Of a stretch of DNA of 64,000 nt, positions 50,867-60,710 are shown piece after piece. The notes under the pieces were generated by a model. That model saw nothing but the letters and a program-made list of their open reading frames with translations, had not been told where the DNA came from and did not search any database. Made by a program: the position numbers and the translations under genes. Source of the stretch: Spirochaetia bacterium (lineage in GTDB: Bacteria; Spirochaetota; Spirochaetia; UBA9216); the NCBI GenBank assembly GCA_965140585.1, contig OZ223264.1, positions 640,001 to 704,000 on the forward strand, given 5' to 3'. Position 1 is the stretch's first letter, and every line of letters begins with the position of its first letter.

Positions 50867-51529
50867 TTATGATTCGTTAATTTCCGGAAGGTTGTTGGCT
50901 ACATTTACCTGATAGAAAAGATGCTCTAGCTCAAGGCATATATTGATGTTGTGTATTGTGCACTGGAGATTGTCGTCAGCAAGCTCTCCGCCTTTCCCTG
51001 TCCGTAATTCTATTGTTGCGAAGTTCAGGACGCCCCTTATTCCTGCATCAATCATTGTTTCAAGAGTCTGGGCCGCCGCACTGTCAGGCACTGCTATTAT
51101 TCCTACCCTGGTTCCGTTTTTCTGGACATATTCCTTCATTTCACGCATATGATATATCGGAACTCCGGACGTTTTGGAAACATTCTCGGGCGCTATATCA
51201 AAGCCCGCTACTATCTTGATCCCTTCATTTCTGAACTCTTCGTACTGCATGAGTGCAGTACCGATACGGCCGCAGCCTGCAACGATGACCTCCTGTGGTT
51301 TGTCCCGGCCGAGTACAACGTCGAGTTTTTCTATAAGCATGTCTATATCGTAGCCCCCGCGTTTGTTTCCGGGAAGGTTAAGTACCGAAAAGTCTTTTCT
51401 GACCAGTGATGGTGCTACGGCAATCGCATCTCCAAGGTTGTTTGAGAACACCCGTTCAAGTCCGAGTGCTTTAAGTTTGTATAGAAGTCTCTTATATTTG
51501 GACAGTCTGAGGATGAGTTCCTTATTCAT
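50867..51529 (-). CDS. rex: Redox-sensing transcriptional repressor Rex
   Basis: RLSKY, LVRKDFS..G..GYD, GCGRIGTAL, GFD, GIRGVLNFA. Confidence 0.9.
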   Translation of the reverse strand: MNKELILRLSKYKRLLYKLKALGLERVFSNNLGDAIAVAPSLVRKDFSVLNLPGNKRGGYDIDMLIEKLDVVLGRDKPQEVIVAGCGRIGTALMQYEEFRNEGIKIVAGFDIAPENVSKTSGVPIYHMREMKEYVQKNGTRVGIIAVPDSAAAQTLETMIDAGIRGVLNFATIELRTGKGGELADDNLQCTIHNINICLELEHLFYQVNVANNLPEINES

Positions 51530-51549
51530 GAATTTAAAAAATCTCCTTG

Positions 51550-51690
51550 TTGTGAAGTATTTCGTATCTTAGTCGTTTTAATGCGTCTCTATTCACAATA
51601 TATAGACATTATACGTATATTATGAGAAAAAAACAATTGAAAAAACAAAAAAAAATGTTTTTGAAGCCTGATTGGTGATATATTGCACAT
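51550..51690. promoter_or_regulatory. Candidate Rex operators in the rex/hnd divergent spacer
   Basis: TTGTGAAgtatTTCgtAt (51550-51567), half-site TTCACAA (51592-51598), TgGTGAtatatTgCACAt (51673-51690) against consensus TTGTGAA-N4-TTCACAA; TTGACA at 51699. Confidence 0.5.
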
Positions 51691-51766
51691 TATATGTATT
51701 GACATTTTACTTAATAAGATCCAGATTTTTACCTGGTAAATCCCAAAAATTCAAACAGGAGGATCT

Positions 51767-52255
51767 ATGGCTGTAGAAACAGCTCCTCAGATCGAGTTCT
51801 CCAGTGGACTCGTTTCATTTATTGAGGAATGGAAGAACAAACCTGGAAATCTGATTATGGTACTTCACAAGGTGCAGGAAGAATTTGGCTATATTCCAAG
51901 AGAAGCCGCAATCAAAGTTTCCGACATGCTCGATACACCGCTGGCCAAGATTTATGGTGTAATTACTTTTTATCATTTTTTTAAACTTGATAAACCCGGA
52001 AAATACAATATTCAGGTATGCATGGGAACTGCATGTTATCTGAAAGGCGGAGAAGACTTAATCAAAGAGCTTGAGACTCTTCTTGGTATTGCCGTAAACG
52101 AGGTAACTGATGACGGTCTTTTTTCTATAGAATCGGTCCGATGCGTAGGCTGCTGCGGCCTTGCCCCGGTGATGATAGTTGACGGAGAAGTCTACGGTAA
52201 AGTTGCGAAAGACGAACTACCGGAAGTACTTGCTAAATTCCGATCCAGAGGCTGA
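51767..52255 (+). CDS. hndA: NuoE-like [2Fe-2S] subunit of bifurcating hydrogenase
   Basis: VQEEFGYIP, YGVITFYHFF, VCMGTACYLKG, RCVGCCGLAP. Confidence 0.9.
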   Translation: MAVETAPQIEFSSGLVSFIEEWKNKPGNLIMVLHKVQEEFGYIPREAAIKVSDMLDTPLAKIYGVITFYHFFKLDKPGKYNIQVCMGTACYLKGGEDLIKELETLLGIAVNEVTDDGLFSIESVRCVGCCGLAPVMIVDGEVYGKVAKDELPEVLAKFRSRG

Positions 52256-52258
52256 TTA

Positions 52259-52819
52259 GTGCATGCAGCCGTCTGTGATTTTATCCTTGATTGTCTTCAG
52301 AATTCTGTAGAAGCGGGGGCTTCCGAGGTTTATCTTGCTATAAACCAGACTTCCCGAAACTTCTCGGTTTCAATTAAAGACAACGGCAGGGGAATGGATG
52401 AGGACCAGTTAAAAAAGGCTGTTGATCCATTCTATACAGACGGTATAAAACACAAATCACGCAAAGTCGGATTAGGACTTCCTTTTTTGATCCAGACGGT
52501 TGAGCAGACCGGAGGAGATTTTTCGATAGAGTCGGAAAAGAACAGGGGAACCGACCTTGTTTTTTCACTTCCGCTTGATAATATCGATACCCCTCCTCTC
52601 GGAGATCTCAGCGCGATGATTCTGCAGGCATTCATGTTTGATGGACTGTATGATATGCCGGTTGAACGCAGCCTGGAGATAGAAGGTGAAGTACACGGGT
52701 ATTCCGTAAAACGATCAGAAATAATAGAGGTTCTTGGTGACCTTAATGATGCGGACTCGCTTATTCTTGCGAGACAGTATCTACGGTCACAGGAAGAAGA
52801 TTTGATACAGGGAGATTAA
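52259..52819 (+). CDS. Stand-alone HATPase_c (kinase-like ATP-binding) protein
   Basis: QNSVEAGA, DNGRGM, DPFYT, GLGLP, IDTPPLGD; GTG start. Confidence 0.85.
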   Translation: MHAAVCDFILDCLQNSVEAGASEVYLAINQTSRNFSVSIKDNGRGMDEDQLKKAVDPFYTDGIKHKSRKVGLGLPFLIQTVEQTGGDFSIESEKNRGTDLVFSLPLDNIDTPPLGDLSAMILQAFMFDGLYDMPVERSLEIEGEVHGYSVKRSEIIEVLGDLNDADSLILARQYLRSQEEDLIQGD

Positions 52820-52821
52820 TT

Positions 52822-53214
52822 ATGGCAAAAATGACCCTTGAGGAACTTAGAAATCTCAGGAACAGCAAAAAAGCTGAAATTGATAAGAGAGATACAGAAG
52901 GAAAAGATATTCATATCATCATCGGGATGGGTACATGCGGAATAGCCGCCGGTGCCAAAGAAGCTCTCGATGCTTTCCTTGATGAAATAGAGAAAAGCGG
53001 AGTCAAGAACGTAACTGTAAAACAGACCGGCTGTATGGGTTTATGCTATGTAGAACCAACAGTTGAAATCAAGGCTCCCGGAATGCCGGATACAATCTAT
53101 GGACAGGTTGACGGGGATACAGCCCGCCGGATAGTTAAAGAACATATTTTAGCGGGCAAGCTTGTCGATAACCATATTTTTGACAAGCCCGCAGCCGATA
53201 TTGTCAGGGAATAA
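52822..53214 (+). CDS. hndB: Thioredoxin-like [2Fe-2S] ferredoxin subunit
   Basis: GMGTCGIAAGA, TGCMGLCYVEP. Confidence 0.85.
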   Translation: MAKMTLEELRNLRNSKKAEIDKRDTEGKDIHIIIGMGTCGIAAGAKEALDAFLDEIEKSGVKNVTVKQTGCMGLCYVEPTVEIKAPGMPDTIYGQVDGDTARRIVKEHILAGKLVDNHIFDKPAADIVRE

Positions 53215-53225
53215 CGGAGGAGAGG

Positions 53226-55019
53226 ATGGCAGTTAAGAATTATATACTTGTTTGCGGCGGTACAGCATGCGAATCAAGCAAAGCAAACGAAATCTTCAAT
53301 GCCCTGAAAAAAGAGGCTGAAGCCCAGGGTGTTGCAGATGATGTTCAGATTGTAAAAACAGGATGTTTCGGTTTCTGTGAAAAGGGACCAATCGTAAAAA
53401 TACTTCCGGAAGAATCTTTTTATGTAGAAGTTGTTCCTGAAGACGCTAAAGAAATTATAGCAGAATCAATCGTCAAAGGCCGAATGGTTAAAAGACTTCT
53501 CTATGTTGACGATGATAACGGTTCAAAAGACGATTTTGATATTGAAAAAATTAAATTCTACCAGAAACAGGTCAGAATTGTACTTCGAAACTGCGGATTT
53601 ATTGATCCTGAGAAGATCGATGAGTACATTGCAAGAGAAGGCTACTCAGCCCTTGAAAAAGTTCTGTTTGAAATGTCGCAGGATGAGGTTATTGAACAGC
53701 TTAAGATCTCAGGACTGAGAGGACGCGGCGGTGCCGGCTTCCCCACATGGATGAAGTGGAAATTTACTAAAGATGTTGAAAACGATGTGAAATACATCGT
53801 TTGTAATGCAGACGAGGGCGACCCCGGTGCATATATGGATAGAAGTACTCTTGAGGGTGATCCTCATTCAGTGCTTGAGGCTATGGCTATTGCCGGTTAT
53901 GCCGTAGGTGCAGAACTCGGTGTTATTTACATCAGAGCTGAATACCCTCTTGCCATTAAAAGACTTGAAATAGCCATTGAACAGGCCCGCGAATACGGCC
54001 TTTTTGGTAAGGATATTCTTGGCAGCGGTTTTAATTTTGATTTTGAAATAAGACTCGGAGCGGGCGCATTTGTCTGCGGAGAGGAGACTGCACTTTTAAG
54101 ATCAATTGAAGGTAACCGGGGTATGCCAACACCGAAGCCGCCTTTTCCTGCAGTTGAAGGCCTCTGGGCAAAACCGACTGTTATCAACAACGTTGAAACA
54201 TGGGCCAATGTTCCGATGATCATCCTCAAGGGGGGGGAATGGTTTAAATCAATCGGTACTGAAAGATCACCCGGAACAAAGGTTTTTGCTCTTACTGGAA
54301 AGATCAACAACTCCGGCCTGGTTGAGGTTCCAATGGGAACAACCCTCCGTGAAATCGTTTTTGATATCGGCGGCGGAATTAAGGATGGAAAAGCTTTCAA
54401 GGCTGTTCAGACCGGCGGTCCTTCAGGCGGTGTAATTACATCTGAATTTCTTGATACTCCAATCGACTTTGACCAGCTTACAGCCATCGGTTCAATGATG
54501 GGTTCAGGCGGAATGATTGTCATGGATGAGGACGACTGTATCATTAATGTTGTGAAATTCTACCAGGAATTCTGCGTTGATGAGTCCTGCGGTAAATGTG
54601 CCCCATGCCGAATCGGAACCCGAAAGCTTTATGATATTCTGGACAAGATAAGCAAGGGTAAGGGAACCCATAAGGACCTTGAAAACCTTGAAACAATCGG
54701 TACAGCAATGAAGAAGGCAGCTCTATGCGGTCTTGGTCAGACAGCTCCGAACCCGATACTTTCAACACTTAAATACTTTAAGAATGAATACCTTGAGCAC
54801 GTAGACGGAAAGGTCTGCAAGCCCGGTAAGTGTAAGGATCTAGTTAAGTTTGAAATTGATCCCGACAAATGTATCGGCTGTACAGTATGTGCCAGAAAGT
54901 GTCCTGTTAACTGCATCAGCGGTGAAAGAAAGCAGGCTCATGTGATTGACCAGAGTCAGTGCGTGAAGTGCGGCGAATGTTTTACCAGCTGTAAATTCGG
55001 TGCAATATCAAAGAGCTAA
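53226..55019 (+). CDS. hndC: NuoF-like FMN/NAD(H)-binding subunit
   Basis: GLRGRGGAGFPT, CNADEGDPGAYMDR, GAGAFVCGEETAL, ESCGKCAPCRIG, C-terminal 2x[4Fe-4S]. Confidence 0.9.
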   Translation: MAVKNYILVCGGTACESSKANEIFNALKKEAEAQGVADDVQIVKTGCFGFCEKGPIVKILPEESFYVEVVPEDAKEIIAESIVKGRMVKRLLYVDDDNGSKDDFDIEKIKFYQKQVRIVLRNCGFIDPEKIDEYIAREGYSALEKVLFEMSQDEVIEQLKISGLRGRGGAGFPTWMKWKFTKDVENDVKYIVCNADEGDPGAYMDRSTLEGDPHSVLEAMAIAGYAVGAELGVIYIRAEYPLAIKRLEIAIEQAREYGLFGKDILGSGFNFDFEIRLGAGAFVCGEETALLRSIEGNRGMPTPKPPFPAVEGLWAKPTVINNVETWANVPMIILKGGEWFKSIGTERSPGTKVFALTGKINNSGLVEVPMGTTLREIVFDIGGGIKDGKAFKAVQTGGPSGGVITSEFLDTPIDFDQLTAIGSMMGSGGMIVMDEDDCIINVVKFYQEFCVDESCGKCAPCRIGTRKLYDILDKISKGKGTHKDLENLETIGTAMKKAALCGLGQTAPNPILSTLKYFKNEYLEHVDGKVCKPGKCKDLVKFEIDPDKCIGCTVCARKCPVNCISGERKQAHVIDQSQCVKCGECFTSCKFGAISKS

Positions 55020-55034
55020 TAAAGGAGAATAACA

Positions 55035-56786
55035 GTGAGTACTGTAAATATAAAGGTTAACGGCAGAGAACAGAGTGTTCCGGTTGGAACATCAATACTC
55101 AAAGCCGCAAAGATGGCCGGTGTTAAGATTCCGACACTCTGTTATCATTCTGATCTGACCCCCTGGGCTGCATGCGGAATCTGTGTTGTCAAGATTGAAG
55201 GCAACCCCAGAATGGTCAGAGCCTGTTCAACGCTTGTCAGCGAGGGACAGAACTATATCACCAATGACCCTGAAATACATTCAATAAGAAAGACGGTTAT
55301 TGAAATGACCCTTGCGGATCATCCGCAGGAATGTCTTACTTGCGGACGTAACCAGACCTGTGAGCTTCAGAGGCTTGCTGCCGAATACGCTATCAGGGAA
55401 ATCCCCTTTGATCGTAATGTTAAAAGACTTCCGAAGGATGAATCAACTCCTTCTATCATTCTTGACCCTTCAAAATGTATCCAGTGCGGACGCTGTGCGC
55501 AGGTTTGCCAGCAGCTGCAGGATGTATGGGCTCTTGAGTTCCTTGGTAGAGGTGAGAAAACAAGACTTATGCCTTCTGCAGGCGTAGTTCTCAATGAAAG
55601 CCCCTGTATCAAGTGCGGTCAGTGTTCAGCCCACTGTCCTGTCGGCGCAATCTATGAAAAAGATGATACCGACCTGATGAAGGCTGCTATCAAGGACCCC
55701 GAGAAGCATGTTGCTGTTCAGATGGCACCTGCAGTAAGGGTTGCAATCGGTGAAGCATTCGGCATGAAACCCGGTGAAATTGTAACCGGAAAAATTTATG
55801 CTGCACTTAGAATGCTTGGCGTTGATGCTGTATTTGATACTAACTTTTCCGCCGACCTCACCATCATGGAAGAGGGTTCTGAGCTTGTAGAAAGACTCGT
55901 AAACGGAAAAGGCGAGCTTCCGCAGCTTACTTCCTGCTGTCCCGCATGGACAGATTACATGGAAAAATACTACCCGGATATGATTCCGCATTTCTCAACT
56001 GCAAAATCTCCGCAGATGATGCAGGGAGCAATAACCAAGACATATTATGCAGAGAAGAAGGGCATTGATCCTTCAAAGATTTACTCTGTTTCAATAATGC
56101 CCTGTACAGCCAAGAAGTTTGAAAGAGTCAGAGATGAAAATATGCAGTCATCAGGTTATGATGATGTGGATCTCGTTCTTACAACAAGAGAGCTTGCAAG
56201 ATGCATTAAAACTGCAGGTATCGACTTTGCAAACCTTCCTGAGGAAGAGGCTGACAGTCCTATCGGCGCATACACCGGTGCAGGAACAATCTTCGGTGTA
56301 ACCGGCGGTGTTATGGAAGCAGCAGTGCGATCAGCCTACTACCTTGTAACCAAGGAAGAGCTTGCTGATGTAAATATTACTGCTGTCCGAGGTATGGACG
56401 GAGTTAAAGCCGGTGTTGTTGATATCAAGGGCACCAAGGTTAAGGTTGCTGTAGCTCATGGCATGGCAAACGTTAAGGCCGTCCTCGACGAGATTAGAGC
56501 TGCCAAGGAAAAGGGTGATGAACTTCCCTACCACTTTATTGAAGTAATGGCATGCCGCGGCGGATGTATAGCCGGAGGCGGACAGCCATACGGTACTGAA
56601 GATGATATTCGTGAGAAGCGAATTGCAGGCCTTTATAATGATGATGAAAAGAGTACTATCAGATGTTCACACCAGAACCCTGATATTGCAAAGATCTATG
56701 AAGAATATCTTGGAGCTCCTCTTTCCGAGAAGTCTCATCACCTTCTTCATACTCATTACACACCAAGACCTCTATACAAGAACTAA
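55035..56786 (+). CDS. hndD: [FeFe]-hydrogenase catalytic subunit (group A3)
   Basis: H-cluster motifs TSCCPAW, MPCTAKKFE, EVMACRGGCIAGGGQP; N-terminal 2Fe-2S, His-ligated and 2x[4Fe-4S]; SHHLLHTHY. Confidence 0.95.
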   Translation: MSTVNIKVNGREQSVPVGTSILKAAKMAGVKIPTLCYHSDLTPWAACGICVVKIEGNPRMVRACSTLVSEGQNYITNDPEIHSIRKTVIEMTLADHPQECLTCGRNQTCELQRLAAEYAIREIPFDRNVKRLPKDESTPSIILDPSKCIQCGRCAQVCQQLQDVWALEFLGRGEKTRLMPSAGVVLNESPCIKCGQCSAHCPVGAIYEKDDTDLMKAAIKDPEKHVAVQMAPAVRVAIGEAFGMKPGEIVTGKIYAALRMLGVDAVFDTNFSADLTIMEEGSELVERLVNGKGELPQLTSCCPAWTDYMEKYYPDMIPHFSTAKSPQMMQGAITKTYYAEKKGIDPSKIYSVSIMPCTAKKFERVRDENMQSSGYDDVDLVLTTRELARCIKTAGIDFANLPEEEADSPIGAYTGAGTIFGVTGGVMEAAVRSAYYLVTKEELADVNITAVRGMDGVKAGVVDIKGTKVKVAVAHGMANVKAVLDEIRAAKEKGDELPYHFIEVMACRGGCIAGGGQPYGTEDDIREKRIAGLYNDDEKSTIRCSHQNPDIAKIYEEYLGAPLSEKSHHLLHTHYTPRPLYKN

Positions 56787-56816
56787 ACATCTTGATATTT
56801 TGAGTGGAAAGATTAC

Positions 56817-56847
56817 GGCTGTATCCTTCGGGATGCAGCCTTTTTTT
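56817..56847 (+). terminator. Rho-independent terminator of the hnd operon
   Basis: GGCTGTATCC-TTCG-GGATGCAGCC + T7 (cUUCGg tetraloop). Confidence 0.85.
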
Positions 56848-58699
56848 ACGTCATGAGTTCTGGCGGTGTAACGAAGGGCAGGCTGAGCATGAATTTCGAC
56901 CCCTGCTCAGGCTGCGACTCAACTGTCAGCGAGCCTCCAAGCTGAGCCGCTATAGCCCTTGAAATAGGAAGGCCCAGGCCTGTGCCCTGGCTGAAGCTGT
57001 TAATCTGGTAGAAGCGATCAAAAATATGCTCGAGATCAGAGGCTGGAATGCCAATCCCTGTGTCGCTTACACTGATAACAACAGTTCTTGCTGAATGATT
57101 GATCTCAGCTTCCATTCTTATAACGCCTTTTTCAGTATATTTGAATGCATTATTGATCAGGTTTACAAGGATTTGAGTCAGTCTGTCTCTGTCTGTCAGA
57201 AGAAGTCCCTTTGTATCAGGCGCTTTGGTTATATTAAGTCTGACAGCGCCGCTGCTCTGGTTCATGAACATGTCTCTTAATTCGTGAAAAAGATCTTCCA
57301 GATAAACATCGGAGATGAAAAGTTCAAAAGCTCCTGCTTCAATCTTCGCAAAATCGATTATGTCATTGACCAGAGTCAGCAACAGATTGCCGCTGCTCCT
57401 GATTATTCCCGAGTATGTTTTCTGCAAATCGGGGTCACTTGTCTTTGAAATAAGGTCAGAGAATCCGAGAATAGCATTCAGAGGAGTTCTTATTTCATGA
57501 CTGATGTTCGCCAGGAAGGCAGTTTTAAGTCTTTCAGATTCTTCAGCTTTTACCAGTGCCGCCTTCAGTGCTTCTTCGTTCTTTTTCCTTTCCGTTTGAT
57601 CCTGTACCCAGCCGAAGAATTTTACCTTTTTCCCTGACGGGTCAATTTTAAAGATAGATTGGCCTGTGATCCATTTGATATTTCCATCATTATCAAAGAT
57701 TCGGTATTCGTATTCATAACTGCTGTTTTTTCCTGACCTGGTGTGTTTTTCTATATTTTCCAGCCGCAGCTTGTAGTCATCAGGATGAAACTTTTTTTTA
57801 ATTATATCTTCAGTAATCTCATCAGGATAGTTGATATCAAAGATACGGTAGGTATCCTCGGACCAGAACCAGATATCCCGGACAAAATCCTTTTCCCAGT
57901 ATCCGAGCTTTGCTATTCTGTTAATATGAGAGAGATTTTCCCTGGTCCGTTTAAGTTCCAGTTCATAGAGTTTTTTTACAGTGATATCCTCACTGAGCAT
58001 CAGTGTCACTATCCGTCCGTTATATTCCTGAACCTTGATGATTACTGAGACCCATCTTTTCTTTTTTCTGACAGTGATTTCTTTTTCCAGTTTTATGCTT
58101 CCTGAATATTCTGTCAGCGAATTTATAACAGGTGATTCTTCTGTGAAGAAGTTCATGAGCAGGCTTGAATAGCTGAACTGAGTCTGTTTATTGATGTTTC
58201 CGTAAGCGCCGAACATCTCTGTGAATATATTATTGATAAAAAGTACTCTGTCATTTTCTGCAACCATGAGTCCGAATACCGCAGACTGCAGTACAGAGTT
58301 AAGTACCAGATCATTATCCCGGAGGTTTATTATTGCTGTATTTCCTTCGATTCTGGTTCTCACAACACAGTAGTATGCCAGAACACTCCCGTCCTCTTCA
58401 AAGATGGCCCGATTTCTCCATTGTCTTGTGATAAATTTACCGTTGGCCATAATTTCGGGGTAATCATTATCGAAGTAGGGGGTGCTGATATTCAGTCTTT
58501 TGAATTTATTGATAAGTATCGGTGCATAATCCGCGGGTATTATGTCGCCGAATTTCTTTCCTTTAAGTTCGTCAATATTGTGACCTGAATGAGCAATGTA
58601 TTCGGAATTAGCCCAGATGTACCTGAAATCTGCAGACATAATACATGCCGGCTCTGTGAGATCTTCAAGGATATTTTTCAGATCCTTCAAAAAATCCAT
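56846..58699 (-). CDS. Cytoplasmic multi-PAS sensor histidine kinase
   Basis: PAS/PAC repeats (HPDD, EYRI); FLANISHEIRTPLN, QILVNLINNAFKYT, DTGIGI, GTGLGL; no TM segments, no receiver domain. Confidence 0.9.
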   Translation of the reverse strand: MDFLKDLKNILEDLTEPACIMSADFRYIWANSEYIAHSGHNIDELKGKKFGDIIPADYAPILINKFKRLNISTPYFDNDYPEIMANGKFITRQWRNRAIFEEDGSVLAYYCVVRTRIEGNTAIINLRDNDLVLNSVLQSAVFGLMVAENDRVLFINNIFTEMFGAYGNINKQTQFSYSSLLMNFFTEESPVINSLTEYSGSIKLEKEITVRKKKRWVSVIIKVQEYNGRIVTLMLSEDITVKKLYELELKRTRENLSHINRIAKLGYWEKDFVRDIWFWSEDTYRIFDINYPDEITEDIIKKKFHPDDYKLRLENIEKHTRSGKNSSYEYEYRIFDNDGNIKWITGQSIFKIDPSGKKVKFFGWVQDQTERKKNEEALKAALVKAEESERLKTAFLANISHEIRTPLNAILGFSDLISKTSDPDLQKTYSGIIRSSGNLLLTLVNDIIDFAKIEAGAFELFISDVYLEDLFHELRDMFMNQSSGAVRLNITKAPDTKGLLLTDRDRLTQILVNLINNAFKYTEKGVIRMEAEINHSARTVVISVSDTGIGIPASDLEHIFDRFYQINSFSQGTGLGLPISRAIAAQLGGSLTVESQPEQGSKFMLSLPFVTPPELMT

Positions 58700-58706
58700 G
58701 TCAGAA

Positions 58707-59429
58707 TTAAACTCCTGACTGAATTATAGTAGATACCTGTCCTTTTATCATAGAAATTTTCAAACCTTCGAAGGAAATATCCCCGCTTTCGTATATGCTG
58801 TATCTGTTTCCTATGTTATGCGGGTAGTGTGCATCGGAATTTGCTATCACGGTATAATTCTTAAGATCGGTTTCGCAGGGAAGGTTGGTTACTTCAACAG
58901 CGGAATAATTCATATCGGGTAGAAACCCAAGCTGGGACGGTATGCTGAAAACGGGTCTGTTGATATGCGCCGGAATAAAGAGGCCGCCGAGGGCTGTAAC
59001 GGCATCGTAGAGTTCATCAAGGCTGAGCTCTGATGCACTCAGCAGGTATTTATCTACCTCTGCTATAATGTTTTCTTCCTCGTCAACGGCTACCTGATCT
59101 CCGAACTTTTCCGCCACATTCTGAACTTCGGGAAGTTTTGAATAGATAAGATTTCCCAATTCTTCAGCTGTCCCCGCATTGCTGAAAAGACATACAACAT
59201 GGGCTTCTTCGACAGTGGTAACTTCAATTCCGCTTATCGGTACTATATCGAGCATACGGCAGCATTTTTCAAAAGCTGCACAGTTCAGTGCCGAATTGTG
59301 GTCTGTGAGGGCTGCTATTTTAAAGTTTTGTTTCTTAAGTTCGCCGGCAATCAGCGACGGTGACATGTCCAGGCTACCGCATGGACTGAGACATGAGTGA
59401 ATGTGAAGATCTGCTTTAAATTCCGGCAA
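58707..59429 (-). CDS. PHP-domain protein
   Basis: DLHIHSCLSPC, LTDHN, GIEVTT.EEAH, PAHI, NSDAH. Confidence 0.85.
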   Translation of the reverse strand: MPEFKADLHIHSCLSPCGSLDMSPSLIAGELKKQNFKIAALTDHNSALNCAAFEKCCRMLDIVPISGIEVTTVEEAHVVCLFSNAGTAEELGNLIYSKLPEVQNVAEKFGDQVAVDEEENIIAEVDKYLLSASELSLDELYDAVTALGGLFIPAHINRPVFSIPSQLGFLPDMNYSAVEVTNLPCETDLKNYTVIANSDAHYPHNIGNRYSIYESGDISFEGLKISMIKGQVSTIIQSGV

Positions 59430-59432
59430 TGT

Positions 59433-59777
59433 TCAGCAGCCGCAGAGTTTCAGGGCTCTTGCTACATCCACAGAAGCTTCGAACTGGTTTACTGAAGTGC
59501 TTAATACTGCAATACCTTCCTGCTCAGCAGCGGGAAGCATATCCTCCGGAGGTTTTCGTCCGTTGCATAGTATTATTGCGTTTATTCCTGCAAGAGAGGC
59601 TACTGCTATGGTATTTTTATGAGCCTGAATGGTTATCAGGACTGAATCATCCGCTGCATTTCCCATCACATCACTGAGAAGATCTGATGTGTATGCATTC
59701 AGAATCTTTTTATCAGGCATAGCCGTCAGCAGAGTATATCCGAGTTTTTCCTGTAATTCGCTGATTTTCATGTTCAT
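59433..59777 (-). CDS. DRTGG-domain protein
   Basis: AYTSDLLSDVMG..VLITIQAHKNTIAVA. Confidence 0.8.
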   Translation of the reverse strand: MNMKISELQEKLGYTLLTAMPDKKILNAYTSDLLSDVMGNAADDSVLITIQAHKNTIAVASLAGINAIILCNGRKPPEDMLPAAEQEGIAVLSTSVNQFEASVDVARALKLCGC

Positions 59778-59780
59778 ATT

Positions 59781-60710
59781 CTATATTGTTTTTTCAGCAT
59801 TGTCATCCAGGATATATACAACTACTCTTATTTCTGTTCCTGCTTCGGAAGTCTCGAGTGTGAATTCGTCAGATACCCTCTTTATGTTGGGCAGACCCAT
59901 TCCTGCGCCGAAACCAAGAGTCCGGATCCAGTCTGTTGCCGTTGAAAATCCCGGGGTCATCGCTTTTTCAACATCAGGAATCCCAGGTCCCCGATCACGA
60001 GCAAGAACCTCAACGTACTTGTCGGTTATCCGGCATAGTATTTCACCGCCCATCGAATGTACTACCTGATTTATTTCAAGTTCGTAGACTGCTGTGGCGG
60101 TTGCCCGAATAATTTTCCGGTTTATATTGTGTTCTTTGAGAATGTTTTTAATCTCGATTGAAGCCTTTCCCGCATTCTTGAAATCATTCTGAAGGATTGC
60201 AAACCGACGGACAATATTGCCTATTTCAGTCTGTGCGCCGTCTTTTGCAAGTTCTTCAAGTCGCTGAATTTCCTCATTCATTACCTTGATCATATGCATG
60301 ATAATATCGCGGCTGGTGATTATGCCTGTAAGCTCTTTCTTTTCATTAAGAACCGGGAAACGTCCGTAATTATAGTTTTCAAAGTAATCAATTGCAAACC
60401 TGACAGGCATCATTTCTTCCAGGACTACCGGATTTCTTGACATGTGCTTTTCAACCGGATCATTCATCAGTCCTGCTTCAAGAGCATTGAGAAGATCTTC
60501 GACGCTGATTATTCCCACAAGTCTTCGGTTTTTCAGTACCGGAACACCGCTAATTGAGCGTTCTTTCATCAGCTGCTTAACCTCTTTCATTGTGGTTGTT
60601 CCTGGTACTGAGGTCGGGTTTCTGGACATTATGTCCTTTATCTTATGTCCCTGGATTAACTCAAGTACTGCAAGCGGCTGATTCTGATAAACAGGAATCA
60701 GTTTTTTCAA
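59781..60710 (-). CDS. CBS-pair + anti-sigma-type Ser/Thr kinase (HATPase) fusion
   Basis: Tandem CBS (ISGVPV..LVGIIS; GRFPV..LTGIIT) then YELEINQVVH, DRGPGI, GFSTA, GFGAGMGLPNIK. Confidence 0.85.
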   Translation of the reverse strand: MKKLIPVYQNQPLAVLELIQGHKIKDIMSRNPTSVPGTTTMKEVKQLMKERSISGVPVLKNRRLVGIISVEDLLNALEAGLMNDPVEKHMSRNPVVLEEMMPVRFAIDYFENYNYGRFPVLNEKKELTGIITSRDIIMHMIKVMNEEIQRLEELAKDGAQTEIGNIVRRFAILQNDFKNAGKASIEIKNILKEHNINRKIIRATATAVYELEINQVVHSMGGEILCRITDKYVEVLARDRGPGIPDVEKAMTPGFSTATDWIRTLGFGAGMGLPNIKRVSDEFTLETSEAGTEIRVVVYILDDNAEKTI

